Source: a virus
Lineage: Duplodnaviria > Heunggongvirae > Uroviricota > Caudoviricetes
DNA length: 64,000 nucleotides
Direction: 5' to 3' (one strand)
Virus record (IMG/VR): IMGVR_UViG_3300017987_005500
Under the pieces are notes generated by a model. The model saw only the letters and a list, made by a program, of their open reading frames with translations, did no database searches and had not been told where the DNA came from. A program made the translations under genes and the position numbers. Shown here in pieces: positions 28,382 through 38,074 of the stretch (position 1 is its first letter; every line of letters starts with the position of its first letter).

Positions 28382-29146
28382 TTAGAAATTCCAACCTTCT
28401 GGTTTCTCTTTTAAAAACTTTGCTGGGTTACCTGCATAAATTCCTGGAACTTTTATATCTTTAACAACTACAGCACCTGTCCCAATTACAACATCATCAC
28501 AAATTGAAATTCCATTTCTTATAATACAACCTGTCCCAAACCAACAATTTTTTCCAACTGTGACAGATCCTGAAGTCAAAACTCCAGCTGCAAATACACA
28601 ATCATCTCCAATAATATTGTTATGACCTATATTGCAATGAGCTCCAATCTTACAACCTTTTCCAATTTCAGTCATATCCATTGAAGCTCTATGAACAACT
28701 GTGTAAGGTCCTATTTCAGTATTTTCTTTTATCGTAACTCCACCAGTATGAATAAATTGTATTTTCTTTCCGCTCTTTTCATATGCAACTTTCAATCCCT
28801 CAGCATCTAAAATTACAGTTGGGTGAATATGGGTTTGAGGGGAAACAACAAGAAAATGTTCATTCATACGTCGATTAGGTGTATGATTATTAAGTCTGCA
28901 AAATCCATTATGAATTAAAGTAAAATCATAATCAACATTCTCAGAGAAAAAAAATCTAACATTATCAGGAATATGATCAAATGACTCCTTTTCAAGTTCA
29001 GCTGGAATTATACATGCTAAATTAAATATATTATCCCTTAATTTATCAACATATTTCATTGTTCGTGCAAAGGTTACACAACCTTCATCTAACTTATCTA
29101 TTGAGCAAGTCCCATTATACTTTGTTGTAAAATATTCGATATTCAT
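28382..29146 (-). CDS. LpxD-like hexapeptide acyltransferase
   Basis: HTGGVTI..NTEIGP.TVVHR, IGHN, GAVVVKD, GNPA. Confidence 0.8.
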   Translation of the reverse strand: MNIEYFTTKYNGTCSIDKLDEGCVTFARTMKYVDKLRDNIFNLACIIPAELEKESFDHIPDNVRFFFSENVDYDFTLIHNGFCRLNNHTPNRRMNEHFLVVSPQTHIHPTVILDAEGLKVAYEKSGKKIQFIHTGGVTIKENTEIGPYTVVHRASMDMTEIGKGCKIGAHCNIGHNNIIGDDCVFAAGVLTSGSVTVGKNCWFGTGCIIRNGISICDDVVIGTGAVVVKDIKVPGIYAGNPAKFLKEKPEGWNF

Positions 29147-29157
29147 TTATTCACCTA

Positions 29158-29313
29158 TTAAAAGTATTTATCCCATAATCCAAATACTGAAAAACCAATT
29201 GAAATAAAGATTGTTATTAGTACTAATGTTAATAATCTTGATAAGAAAATTTTGAATATTTGAATTGGTTTTTTATTGACTGATGTTTCAAAGCCTAATT
29301 TTATCCATTGCAT
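29158..29313 (-). CDS. 51-aa membrane peptide (absent from ORF track)
   Basis: MQWIKLG...LLTLVLITIFISIGFSVFGLWDKYF*, fills the operon gap. Confidence 0.5.
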   Translation of the reverse strand: MQWIKLGFETSVNKKPIQIFKIFLSRLLTLVLITIFISIGFSVFGLWDKYF

Positions 29314-29314
29314 T

Positions 29315-29851
29315 TTAATATCCCTTTTTCATCTTCTTATATTCAGCGGGAACTCCAGTATAAATAGCATTTTTTATTTTACAATCTTTTGATACAAATG
29401 CTTGTGCTCCAACTATAACTCCTTCTTCAACCATTACATTAGGACCTATATTTGCAGCAGTTCCTATAAAAGCTCCCTGTTTAATAAGAGTCTTTTTAGA
29501 TTCATCTCCAGTATATTTCTTATAAATTGTCATTACATTTGGAGATATAAATACATCATCTTGAATCTCTACATTCCGAGCAATCGTAGCACCGAATCTA
29601 ATTGTAACGTTATTGCCAATAACATTATCACCAGAAGATCTAGCATAACTATCAATAAAACAATTATCACCAATAACCGTACCTTTTTTAAGTAAAACAT
29701 AATTGCCAATCTCCACGTTATCACCTACAGTAACGCCGTCTTCGATTACACAAAAATGCCCCATTTTTACATTTTCTCCAAAATCTGAAGTAAGATCAAC
29801 TATGTTATTTGGAGGAAATTGATAAGCGTAATGCCATTCTCTTTCAGTCAT
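29315..29851 (-). CDS. Hexapeptide-repeat acetyltransferase
   Basis: Left-handed beta-helix repeats; VGAQAFVSKD...GVPA. Confidence 0.85.
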   Translation of the reverse strand: MTEREWHYAYQFPPNNIVDLTSDFGENVKMGHFCVIEDGVTVGDNVEIGNYVLLKKGTVIGDNCFIDSYARSSGDNVIGNNVTIRFGATIARNVEIQDDVFISPNVMTIYKKYTGDESKKTLIKQGAFIGTAANIGPNVMVEEGVIVGAQAFVSKDCKIKNAIYTGVPAEYKKMKKGY

Positions 29852-29852
29852 T

Positions 29853-30608
29853 TTAATCTCCCTTTTTATTCTCTACCCATGTTAAAAATTGGGACCCATC
29901 TCTTGGTTTCGCATATTTGCTTTGTTGTCTCCAATGGAGTCCATTCTTTCCCCAAACAAGAGTTTTGTCTCCAGGTTCTCCATAAATTCCATATTTCCAT
30001 CTCATGACAAAATCTCTCATTTTTTCATTACCATATCTAAATTGTTTTTCAGGATTCTTATCTTCAACCATTAAAGGAAGTGCTTCTTTAATAAAAGTCT
30101 CTCTGATTAAAACAGGATTTAATCCGAATTGTTTTTTACTATCATTAGCTTGAAAGAATCTACCTTTCTCATTATAAGTATAAGGTGAATTAAACAATCT
30201 TGGATTTTTCTTCTTTGGTATGTCATGTTTATATAATCTCAGACATGCCAATTGAGGATTTTTATGTAATACTTTGGTTAATCTTTTTATATCAACCGGT
30301 CTCTTGATTATCCAATCATCTTCTAAATGAAAAATGTAAGGTGTATTTATTTGTTTCCAAGTCCATATTACAGCTTTAGGAAATGATGGTTTATCCGGAA
30401 CATTAAATTTTATATCATTAAAGTATTCATTGCATACTTCTAAAACATCATCTGCAGTTGTTTTTTCATCTCCAACTGGATCAATATTTATAATAAGTCT
30501 ATATTCATTCCTATTTATAAACATATTTTCACAGAATGTTTTGAGTGTCTGTCGTATCACAGTCGGGCGCAATACTGCAGTCATTGTTATATCAACTCTA
30601 AAAGACAT
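29853..30608 (-). CDS. GT-A fold glycosyltransferase
   Basis: TAVLRP, IINIDP, FHLEDDW, LNP. Confidence 0.7.
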   Translation of the reverse strand: MSFRVDITMTAVLRPTVIRQTLKTFCENMFINRNEYRLIINIDPVGDEKTTADDVLEVCNEYFNDIKFNVPDKPSFPKAVIWTWKQINTPYIFHLEDDWIIKRPVDIKRLTKVLHKNPQLACLRLYKHDIPKKKNPRLFNSPYTYNEKGRFFQANDSKKQFGLNPVLIRETFIKEALPLMVEDKNPEKQFRYGNEKMRDFVMRWKYGIYGEPGDKTLVWGKNGLHWRQQSKYAKPRDGSQFLTWVENKKGD

Positions 30609-31203
30609 ATGTTTGTCCTATTAAATTACCAAGTAATGAAGCTATGAAAACTCCTATAATGTAACTAATTATTTTAACCCACTTAGAAATTTTTGGATGT
30701 CTTTGACTTAACCTAAAAAGGTGAGATATTCTTAATTGTGTTTTATATTGGTTAAGTAAATTCTTTGCAACAAAATTATTATATGATTTATATATTGGAG
30801 TCATGAATTATCCTCAATCTGTTCATTTAATTTGTTTATTAATTCATCTCTCTTTTTCATATTTATATCATCGCCTTCATATTGTATTAATTTCCCAGTT
30901 GGTTTATGTGTTATTCTGATAGCTACAATTCCATTATTATTGGAATAAGTATCAATCATTAGATCTTTTAAATTCAATTTCATATCAATTTACACATTTT
31001 TACAGTTAAGCGTATAGTTGGAATATCTTGAGGAACATTGTCATCTTCAATTAAAAAATATATAGCAATATCTCCAGCTTTTTTATCATCATCTTTAACT
31101 CTATACTTTCCACCTATTTTATATTCTTCTGTCCTATTACAAGCTAAAGGTAAATTTATAAAATCTTCAAATTTCATTTCTTCTATTTTATTTTTTTCGC
31201 TCA

Positions 31204-32028
31204 TTATAAAAATCCCTTATATTGTTTACTATCTTCGGTTAATTTAAACTCTAATTTATTATTAGGATTTTGTTGCAAGAACATAGTAAGTCTATCTGGT
31301 ATTTCACCCTTGTCCCAATACTCTGCTATATATCCCATATCAATTGCAACTCCACCCAAATGTTTAATCAACCCAGTATAAAGACGTCCCAATTCTCCAG
31401 CAGATACTAACCACATATCATATTTATCCCAATCATCTTCAATTGTCTTAATCACTTTTGAAAATGATTTATTATAATGATCTTCATAATGCTTAACTAT
31501 ATTAATTAAAGTTATGTCATATTTTTCAAGATTTCTTTTAACTCTTGGACATGCTGTGATGAAAGCTATTTTTCTTTTATTCATTACATTGAGAATATTT
31601 CTTTGGTTTCCCAATTTAAGGCAAAGTAAAAAATTAATTTCAGGATTGCAATATGTATCTATATCAAATTCAGCAAGATTATATAATTCTTTCCACATTT
31701 TCAATCTTCTGTCAGTTTTACCTGACATTGGTTTATAATTCTTTCTACATCGTGGCCAAAATTCTCCATCATAATATACTTGAGGGGTATCTATATAATT
31801 TGCTCGAGATGAAAAGAATGCCCAGGAATTTAAAACATCATATAATTTATGATGAGGAATTCCTTCTTTAAGTACAATTTGATTTATTTGCTCAGTATCG
31901 TTATTAAGCAATGAATGTATATACTTAATTCCTCCATCTCCATATCTTATCAACGAAAAAGGTTTCTTATTTTTAATACATTCATCAATTTCATTAATAA
32001 GATATTTTAATTTGACAACAGGTTGCAT
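31204..32028 (-). CDS. GT-D fold (DUF1792-like) glycosyltransferase
   Basis: FSLIRYGDG...LVSAG...GGVAIDMG. Confidence 0.7.
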   Translation of the reverse strand: MQPVVKLKYLINEIDECIKNKKPFSLIRYGDGGIKYIHSLLNNDTEQINQIVLKEGIPHHKLYDVLNSWAFFSSRANYIDTPQVYYDGEFWPRCRKNYKPMSGKTDRRLKMWKELYNLAEFDIDTYCNPEINFLLCLKLGNQRNILNVMNKRKIAFITACPRVKRNLEKYDITLINIVKHYEDHYNKSFSKVIKTIEDDWDKYDMWLVSAGELGRLYTGLIKHLGGVAIDMGYIAEYWDKGEIPDRLTMFLQQNPNNKLEFKLTEDSKQYKGFL

Positions 32029-33056
32029 TATTTAATACCTTGTTTTATTTTTCTATTTTCAATAAGTTTTTCAAAATGTTTAACCATTTTTCCCATATTC
32101 TCTTCTCTGTTACCCAATTTAAATACTCTCTGTCTTGCTACAGAACCATAATTGAACATTTCATTTCTATTCTTTAATAAATATTCAATTGTATTGTAAA
32201 ATGATTCATAGTTATTTTCGGCAATAAGTCCATTCTCTCCACCAACTACATAGTCCTGCATTCCTGACATTGGAGCATTTGTACACACAACTGGGCAACC
32301 TGTCAACATTGCCTCAGATGGTGGAATATGTAAACCTTCAAGTGAAGTAGGAGCTAACCATAAATTGATATGATTATAAAATGTATTTTTAGTTTTCTTG
32401 TCAGGTCTTTGAAAATATTTATCAATGACTTCAATGTGATGAGGTTGAGATTCATTTCCCATCATCCATAATTGAATTCTATATTTTCTTCTTAGTTTTG
32501 TGACTGCATCAATAATCCATTTAACTCTTTTGGTTTGTCTTTTACCACCTTCATTATAAAGACCTCCCAATATAGTTACATCGTTTGTTTTATTTCTAAT
32601 TTTCAATTGAGTAAAATCAGCAAGGTCATAACCTGGTCTTATTATTTCAGATAAAAAGTTAAGGTCTTCCAATTTACGTTGAAGACAATTGCTATTTACT
32701 ATCTTTTCAGTTGGAGCTTTAAGGACTGAATTGATAATTTGTTTCTCATTCATATTCCATAGCTCAAATCCTCTTATCCAATGTGTTTTCAATCCACATC
32801 TTTCAGGGAGTCTTACAGTAGACCTTACAGTACCAAAACCTGTAGCAATTACAATATCAGCATCTGGCACATTATTAAAACTTCTAATAATTTTATGATC
32901 AGCAATAAGAGGAGTCCAGGTGTGTTGATTTCTTCCAGTATCAATTATTGTGACTTTGTGTCCCAACTTTTTAAGAGTGTTAGCGGATTTAATGATTGTC
33001 ATAGACCCACCGTTATTTCCAAGAGAACAATTCATTAGATTAAATGTTATTCGCAT
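32028..33056 (-). CDS. GT4 family glycosyltransferase
   Basis: GNNGG, DADIVIAT, EGLHIPPSEAMLTGCPVV. Confidence 0.85.
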   Translation of the reverse strand: MRITFNLMNCSLGNNGGSMTIIKSANTLKKLGHKVTIIDTGRNQHTWTPLIADHKIIRSFNNVPDADIVIATGFGTVRSTVRLPERCGLKTHWIRGFELWNMNEKQIINSVLKAPTEKIVNSNCLQRKLEDLNFLSEIIRPGYDLADFTQLKIRNKTNDVTILGGLYNEGGKRQTKRVKWIIDAVTKLRRKYRIQLWMMGNESQPHHIEVIDKYFQRPDKKTKNTFYNHINLWLAPTSLEGLHIPPSEAMLTGCPVVCTNAPMSGMQDYVVGGENGLIAENNYESFYNTIEYLLKNRNEMFNYGSVARQRVFKLGNREENMGKMVKHFEKLIENRKIKQGIK

Positions 33057-33867
33057 TATATTTCTCCTCTAATTCTTTTTGAGTTATCCAACATTTATCT
33101 CGTTTCATAATATTATCTTTCCATGGCAATATTTGAAGGTTTGCTTTATTTCCAATTATTTCAGGTTTAATATTTCTTCTAAATCCTTCTGCTATAGAAA
33201 AAATATGATCAACGTTATAAAAACCATCACCTATTCCTATAGGTAAATTATCAGGATTTATATTTTCTACAGATTGTTTTGTTATAGTTAATACTTTTCT
33301 ATAATAAGCATTGCGTTTTCCAATTTCTTCATCAGTTCTTTTTAAACCTTTCTTAATAAGAGATTCAGAATACATTTTTCTGTATTCTTCTGATAACCAT
33401 CTATCTTTAATTATTTTTGACATATTATCTTTATATTCTTTACTGCTACAAATATATTTATGTTTTATTTTAACATCTTTATCATTCATTGGATTATTAT
33501 TTTTAATAAATAATGAATGATCTGGTCTTTTTCTTCCAAATAATTTACTATTTTCTCCTTTTGGTATTTTTTTACCAATTTGAGATTTAGAATTAACTCT
33601 TCTGTTAATTAAACATTTTCTATGGTTATCATTACAATATAATTTACCTTCACGGGAAATATATTTTGCTATTTGACCACATCCATTTTCGCAAAGGTTG
33701 TTATTAGGATTATTAATTGATTCAAAATTATTTAATTTTCTACCTCTGTTAGATTCACTATTCACTTTTCTTAACCCAGGACATTTATTACAACTTTTTT
33801 CACAACACCATTTACCATTTTTAAATTGATGATTTGCTTTTTGTCCGCATCCATATTCACAAATCAT
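33040..33867 (-). mobile_element. Free-standing HNH homing endonuclease (duplicated CxxGCG module, type-2 HNH)
   Basis: CEYGCG...WCC..KCP and CENGCG; VDHIFSIAEGF...NLQILPWKDN..K. Confidence 0.75.
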
Positions 33868-34703
33868 AATTCAAATGTCTCCTTTTTACTAAAATCATAA
33901 TCATTTAATAAATAAATATTTGTATCAAGAGGATTTATTGTTTTGATAAAACTTTCAGAATAATCTCTACATAAATATAATTTAGTACCCAACAATAATG
34001 ATAAATGTGAAGTCTCTGATAAATTAACAGATATTGTAAATAAAGATCTCTTAATAGCTGTGATCAAACATCCTATAAGACTTATTGATGTATCATATTT
34101 AATTGCATTTAAATTTATAAGTTCTCTTGTTGTAAATAATAAATCTGTAAATGAATTAGATGGATCATGTATAATAAATCTTATTTTTTTATCAAGTTCT
34201 CGATCAAGTTTTTCAATATAATAAAATGCTTCTTCGAGATAAAGACCAGATGTATCAACAACAATATGATCAAAATCTCTCATTAAAGATGACATTATTT
34301 TTTCATTGTCAACTCTTGGATTAAAATCATATAACATTTTTTCTTTTGGAAATTGCCATTTGATTAATGATCTCTTTCCAAATATATCAGGATAAAAATG
34401 TTCTTTAGCTTTATAATGTGCTCTATATTTTCTCTCAAATATATGAACCATTTTCTTATAATTTTCTTGTGTAATGCCTTTAAGATTAAAATTTTGTTGA
34501 AGGTTTATGTTATCATTATTAATTCTTAAAGGCACTAAAATATCAGCATAAGAACCATATAAATCAAAACGCTCAGGTCTTGTATACACAAGTATGTTAT
34601 GATCCGGAAATTTATGTTTAAGATGAATCGCATAAGGAGCAAATCTAAATAATTCCCAAGATAAACTTCCTATAAATGGTCCAAATAAAAATGCTGGTTT
34701 CAT
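33864..34703 (-). CDS. Putative glycosyltransferase-like protein (paralog of 35340)
   Basis: GPFIGSLSWE, FDLYG.YADILVPL, SHLSLLLGT; island context. Confidence 0.5.
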   Translation of the reverse strand: MKPAFLFGPFIGSLSWELFRFAPYAIHLKHKFPDHNILVYTRPERFDLYGSYADILVPLRINNDNINLQQNFNLKGITQENYKKMVHIFERKYRAHYKAKEHFYPDIFGKRSLIKWQFPKEKMLYDFNPRVDNEKIMSSLMRDFDHIVVDTSGLYLEEAFYYIEKLDRELDKKIRFIIHDPSNSFTDLLFTTRELINLNAIKYDTSISLIGCLITAIKRSLFTISVNLSETSHLSLLLGTKLYLCRDYSESFIKTINPLDTNIYLLNDYDFSKKETFEL

Positions 34704-34906
34704 TTTTTATCCTTTATTTCTATTTTATCTACAAAACCTTCAATTTTAAAAGTACCATTTTCTTGTTTAACAACTCTACCTAAAAACATAACTTCATCTG
34801 AATAATCAAAATGTATATCTGTACATTTCATTTCTGCTTCAAATTTATCTGTTTTAAAGATTATAGTTGCTTTATCATATATTTTAGTATCGCTCATGAT
34901 CATTCC

Positions 34907-35335
34907 TTAGTCAGTAATGACATCTTCATCTTTCATAATTTTAATATCATTTTCCAATTTCGATATTGTTACTTCAGCTTCAATTTGTTCAGTTTCACGC
35001 TCTTTATTTATTCTATCAATCGTTTCAGTTAATTCAGTTACCATTTTTTCATGAGCGATTGTTTTTTCTTTAACTGTATCATTCAGCTCTTGAATTGCAT
35101 CCTTGAATGAATTTATTTCAAGTCTAACGCTTTTCAATTCATCAACTTCAAGTTGAGCTTTCTCAAGAGCAAATACTAAACCCTGCAATACAAAAATGAT
35201 TTCTGTATAATTGACATCACCCTCATATGTATTTTGAAATCTCTTTTCCTCAATGACAGTCAATATATCTTTAACACGAGGTCCATAAGAATTCCACCAT
35301 TCATTCTGACATTTTAATTCTCTCATTTTAGCCAT
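34907..35335 (-). CDS. Coiled-coil protein
   Basis: Heptad-rich C-terminal half. Confidence 0.6.
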   Translation of the reverse strand: MAKMRELKCQNEWWNSYGPRVKDILTVIEEKRFQNTYEGDVNYTEIIFVLQGLVFALEKAQLEVDELKSVRLEINSFKDAIQELNDTVKEKTIAHEKMVTELTETIDRINKERETEQIEAEVTISKLENDIKIMKDEDVITD

Positions 35336-35339
35336 TTAT

Positions 35340-36242
35340 TCACCCCTTCTTTTTTAATAGTTTATTCATAGTGTTGAATACTTTCTTTGGATCTAGATTA
35401 AATTTCATGTCATCTAAAAAAGTAATCGGCGTATTTGTATAATTATAAGTCTTAGTATGAAGCATTCTTTGATTGCCCCATTCTAAAACATCTGTACTTA
35501 ATAACAATGATAAATTGGGTATTGCTGATTGAGAACCAACTGTTAAAACAGAATTATAAACAATTGATATTGTCAAACCTATTAAAGAGCTGTTATCATT
35601 TATAGGAATTTTATTAATATCAAAAAATCTATTCTTTTCATCAGGTTTATATTCAGGACTTCTTCCTATTATAATAAATTCAAATCTATTTGGTAAATCA
35701 CTATCCCAAATCATATCATAAAAAGTTTGCCAATGATTCCAATTCCTTCTAAATCCTTTTCTAAATCTTGGAGATATAACAACCCAAGGTTTATCTTTTG
35801 AAATATATTTATCAACTAACTTTTTATTTTCAACTCTTGGTTTAAATTTAGCAAGTAATTGATTTTGAGGAAATTGATTCTTTTGTGTGAATTGTTTTCC
35901 TGCTATCTTTGGATATATATGATCAACTATTTGATATTTTTTATTATATTTTCCATTAAATCTTTTAATGATTTTTTCATAATTTTCAAGTGGATAACCA
36001 TCTAATCTAAAACAATTCGGTTTGTATTTTATAAAATCTCCCTCTATTTTTAATGGAACTAATATATCAGCATGTTTACCATATAAGTCAAACTCTTGTT
36101 CTCTACATAAAACTATAAGTTTTACTTGATTGTTATATTGTTTTATTTTTTTCCATAAAGCATGTGGAGCAACTCTAAGAATATGCCACCCTAATTCAGA
36201 ACATATTGGACCGCACAGAATAGCTTTTTCTTTCATATACAT
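35340..36242 (-). CDS. Putative GT9-like glycosyltransferase (paralog of 33864)
   Basis: GPICSELGW, FDLYG.HADILVPL, RNW..W, VGSQSAIPNLSLL. Confidence 0.55.
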   Translation of the reverse strand: MYMKEKAILCGPICSELGWHILRVAPHALWKKIKQYNNQVKLIVLCREQEFDLYGKHADILVPLKIEGDFIKYKPNCFRLDGYPLENYEKIIKRFNGKYNKKYQIVDHIYPKIAGKQFTQKNQFPQNQLLAKFKPRVENKKLVDKYISKDKPWVVISPRFRKGFRRNWNHWQTFYDMIWDSDLPNRFEFIIIGRSPEYKPDEKNRFFDINKIPINDNSSLIGLTISIVYNSVLTVGSQSAIPNLSLLLSTDVLEWGNQRMLHTKTYNYTNTPITFLDDMKFNLDPKKVFNTMNKLLKKKG

Positions 36243-36633
36243 ACCTTTTGTGCTAATTTACCAGTTGAGCATTCATCTTTATGACCTTTTGAATAATGAC
36301 ATTTTTCACAACAAGCAATTCCAAAGTCAGGATCTAATGAGAAAAATGGTTCAAGTTTTTGAGGTCTTGAATGATGAGCATGATTTGCTTTTTCTCCACA
36401 ATATTCACATTTGTAATTAGACCTTTTTAAAACTTCCCTTCTCCATATATTATATTCTTCAGCTGTATAATATTCTTCTTTGATAATTCCAGCTTTTATT
36501 TTGCATTGTTTATCAAGTTGACTAGTCTTTATATTATATAAGGACATCTATTCCAATTATCTTCACAACACCACTTACCATTTTTAAACATATATTTTGC
36601 TTCTTGATTACAACCATATTCACAAAGTCTCAT
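36233..36633 (-). pseudogene. Internally deleted, frameshifted HNH homing endonuclease
   Basis: 36633-36529 encodes MRLCEYGCNQEA...WCC...RCPYII*. 36547-36233 encodes the HNH end in another frame. Confidence 0.8.
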
Positions 36634-36920
36634 TACCATTTACCTTTTGCTTTCCTCTTTTTAATCTCACTTGATAACTGTGTTCTTATATTACCTATAC
36701 AAGGATTTTTTATTTTACCCATACGAAATCCCGTTCCTGTAAGATAATTTATTGTTATTCTTATTTTATCATTAGACGTTTTATTAATAGGTCCTAAATA
36801 AGTTTTAAGTTGTTTACAACACCAGTCTGGTTTAAGATTCCATTGTCCTACTAAAGATTGTCTTATACTTTGCCATTCTTTATTTTTGACAAGGTCTTTT
36901 ATACTTTTTTTACCAGTCAT
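36633..36920 (-). CDS. Hypothetical basic protein
   Basis: Likely start MTGKK at 36920 (AAGGA RBS). Confidence 0.6.
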   Translation of the reverse strand: MTGKKSIKDLVKNKEWQSIRQSLVGQWNLKPDWCCKQLKTYLGPINKTSNDKIRITINYLTGTGFRMGKIKNPCIGNIRTQLSSEIKKRKAKGKW

Positions 36921-37725
36921 TATGTAGTTCCTTCTTATTAACAATATATTTATAAAATTCATCAAATTTCATTTTATCAATATTTGTATTTTGTTTCTCA
37001 AATTTTATGTCTTTATGTCTATTTTTTGTTAAAGCATTGCATACAGAACCTGCCATTCTTCCACAGTGAATACCTAATTTAGTTGAGAGTCCGAGAATAT
37101 ATCTATCTCCGCCTGCTGCCTGAGAAAGTTTTCTCCAATAAACTTGATCATGTCTTTTATTATGATTTACAAGTTCCCTTAAATCTAAATATCCAACGTC
37201 TCTAAAGAAGTTATTTCTTACACACCATAAAGCTGACCCACCAAGTTTACCTGCCATAGCATCTAACCCAGCGATTTTATAAGGAAGTTTTTGACCATTC
37301 CTAATACCACCAGGACGTTGACCAATCACTTTTATATTTTTCAACTTATATTTATTAACTTCTTTCCAAGCAGCTCTAAGAGTTTTATCCCAACCAGGTC
37401 TTACAATAATATCATTATCTAAAAATACTAAAAACATAATATTATCTTTTTCAGGATCTTGTTCATGTACAGCTCCAAAATTATTACATGCTGAAGCTTT
37501 TGAAAATGCTTTAAATGTTGATGTTGCTGTATTAAAAGTTACTTGAGCAACTTTTCCTTTAGATAATAATTTATGATAATAATTAAAATGCTCATCCAAT
37601 TTATGATTAGTTAAATTATCATAAAGATAAATTTGATGAGGAATTTTAGAATGTAATCTTAATGCCTCTAAGCATTTTTTTGTAATTGCTAATCTATTTC
37701 GGACAGTTATCATTATCTTGTACAT
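36910..37725 (-). CDS. GT2-like glycosyltransferase
   Basis: ITVRNRL, YLYDN, VFLDNDI...GW, VGYLD. Confidence 0.8.
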   Translation of the reverse strand: MYKIMITVRNRLAITKKCLEALRLHSKIPHQIYLYDNLTNHKLDEHFNYYHKLLSKGKVAQVTFNTATSTFKAFSKASACNNFGAVHEQDPEKDNIMFLVFLDNDIIVRPGWDKTLRAAWKEVNKYKLKNIKVIGQRPGGIRNGQKLPYKIAGLDAMAGKLGGSALWCVRNNFFRDVGYLDLRELVNHNKRHDQVYWRKLSQAAGGDRYILGLSTKLGIHCGRMAGSVCNALTKNRHKDIKFEKQNTNIDKMKFDEFYKYIVNKKELHNDW

Positions 37726-37738
37726 AGTATATCCTTAT

Positions 37739-38074
37739 TTACTCAAAATTAAATTCATAATGTATGTTAACATTTGTACCATTGCCAACTTTTACAGGTC
37801 TGAATTCTCTGCACATAAAAATATTCATTTCCTCAATTTTAAATTCTATAGAATCAATAAACTTAATTTCATCACTGTATATATTAACATCGAAAGATAC
37901 TTGTTTAATATTAATAGGAACCATTTTACTTAATACCTGAGTTCCATCTATATAAAATATAGCTTCTGTTTTATAAACATCACTTTTATCTTCTTCTGTT
38001 AAAAACCAATCTTTAAAAGATTTATATGATCTTATTGTAATTTTAAAATTGTTTATCTCAACCTTACTGAACAT
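37739..38074 (-). CDS. Hypothetical protein
   Basis: ORF within the operon. Confidence 0.5.
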   Translation of the reverse strand: MFSKVEINNFKITIRSYKSFKDWFLTEEDKSDVYKTEAIFYIDGTQVLSKMVPINIKQVSFDVNIYSDEIKFIDSIEFKIEEMNIFMCREFRPVKVGNGTNVNIHYEFNFE

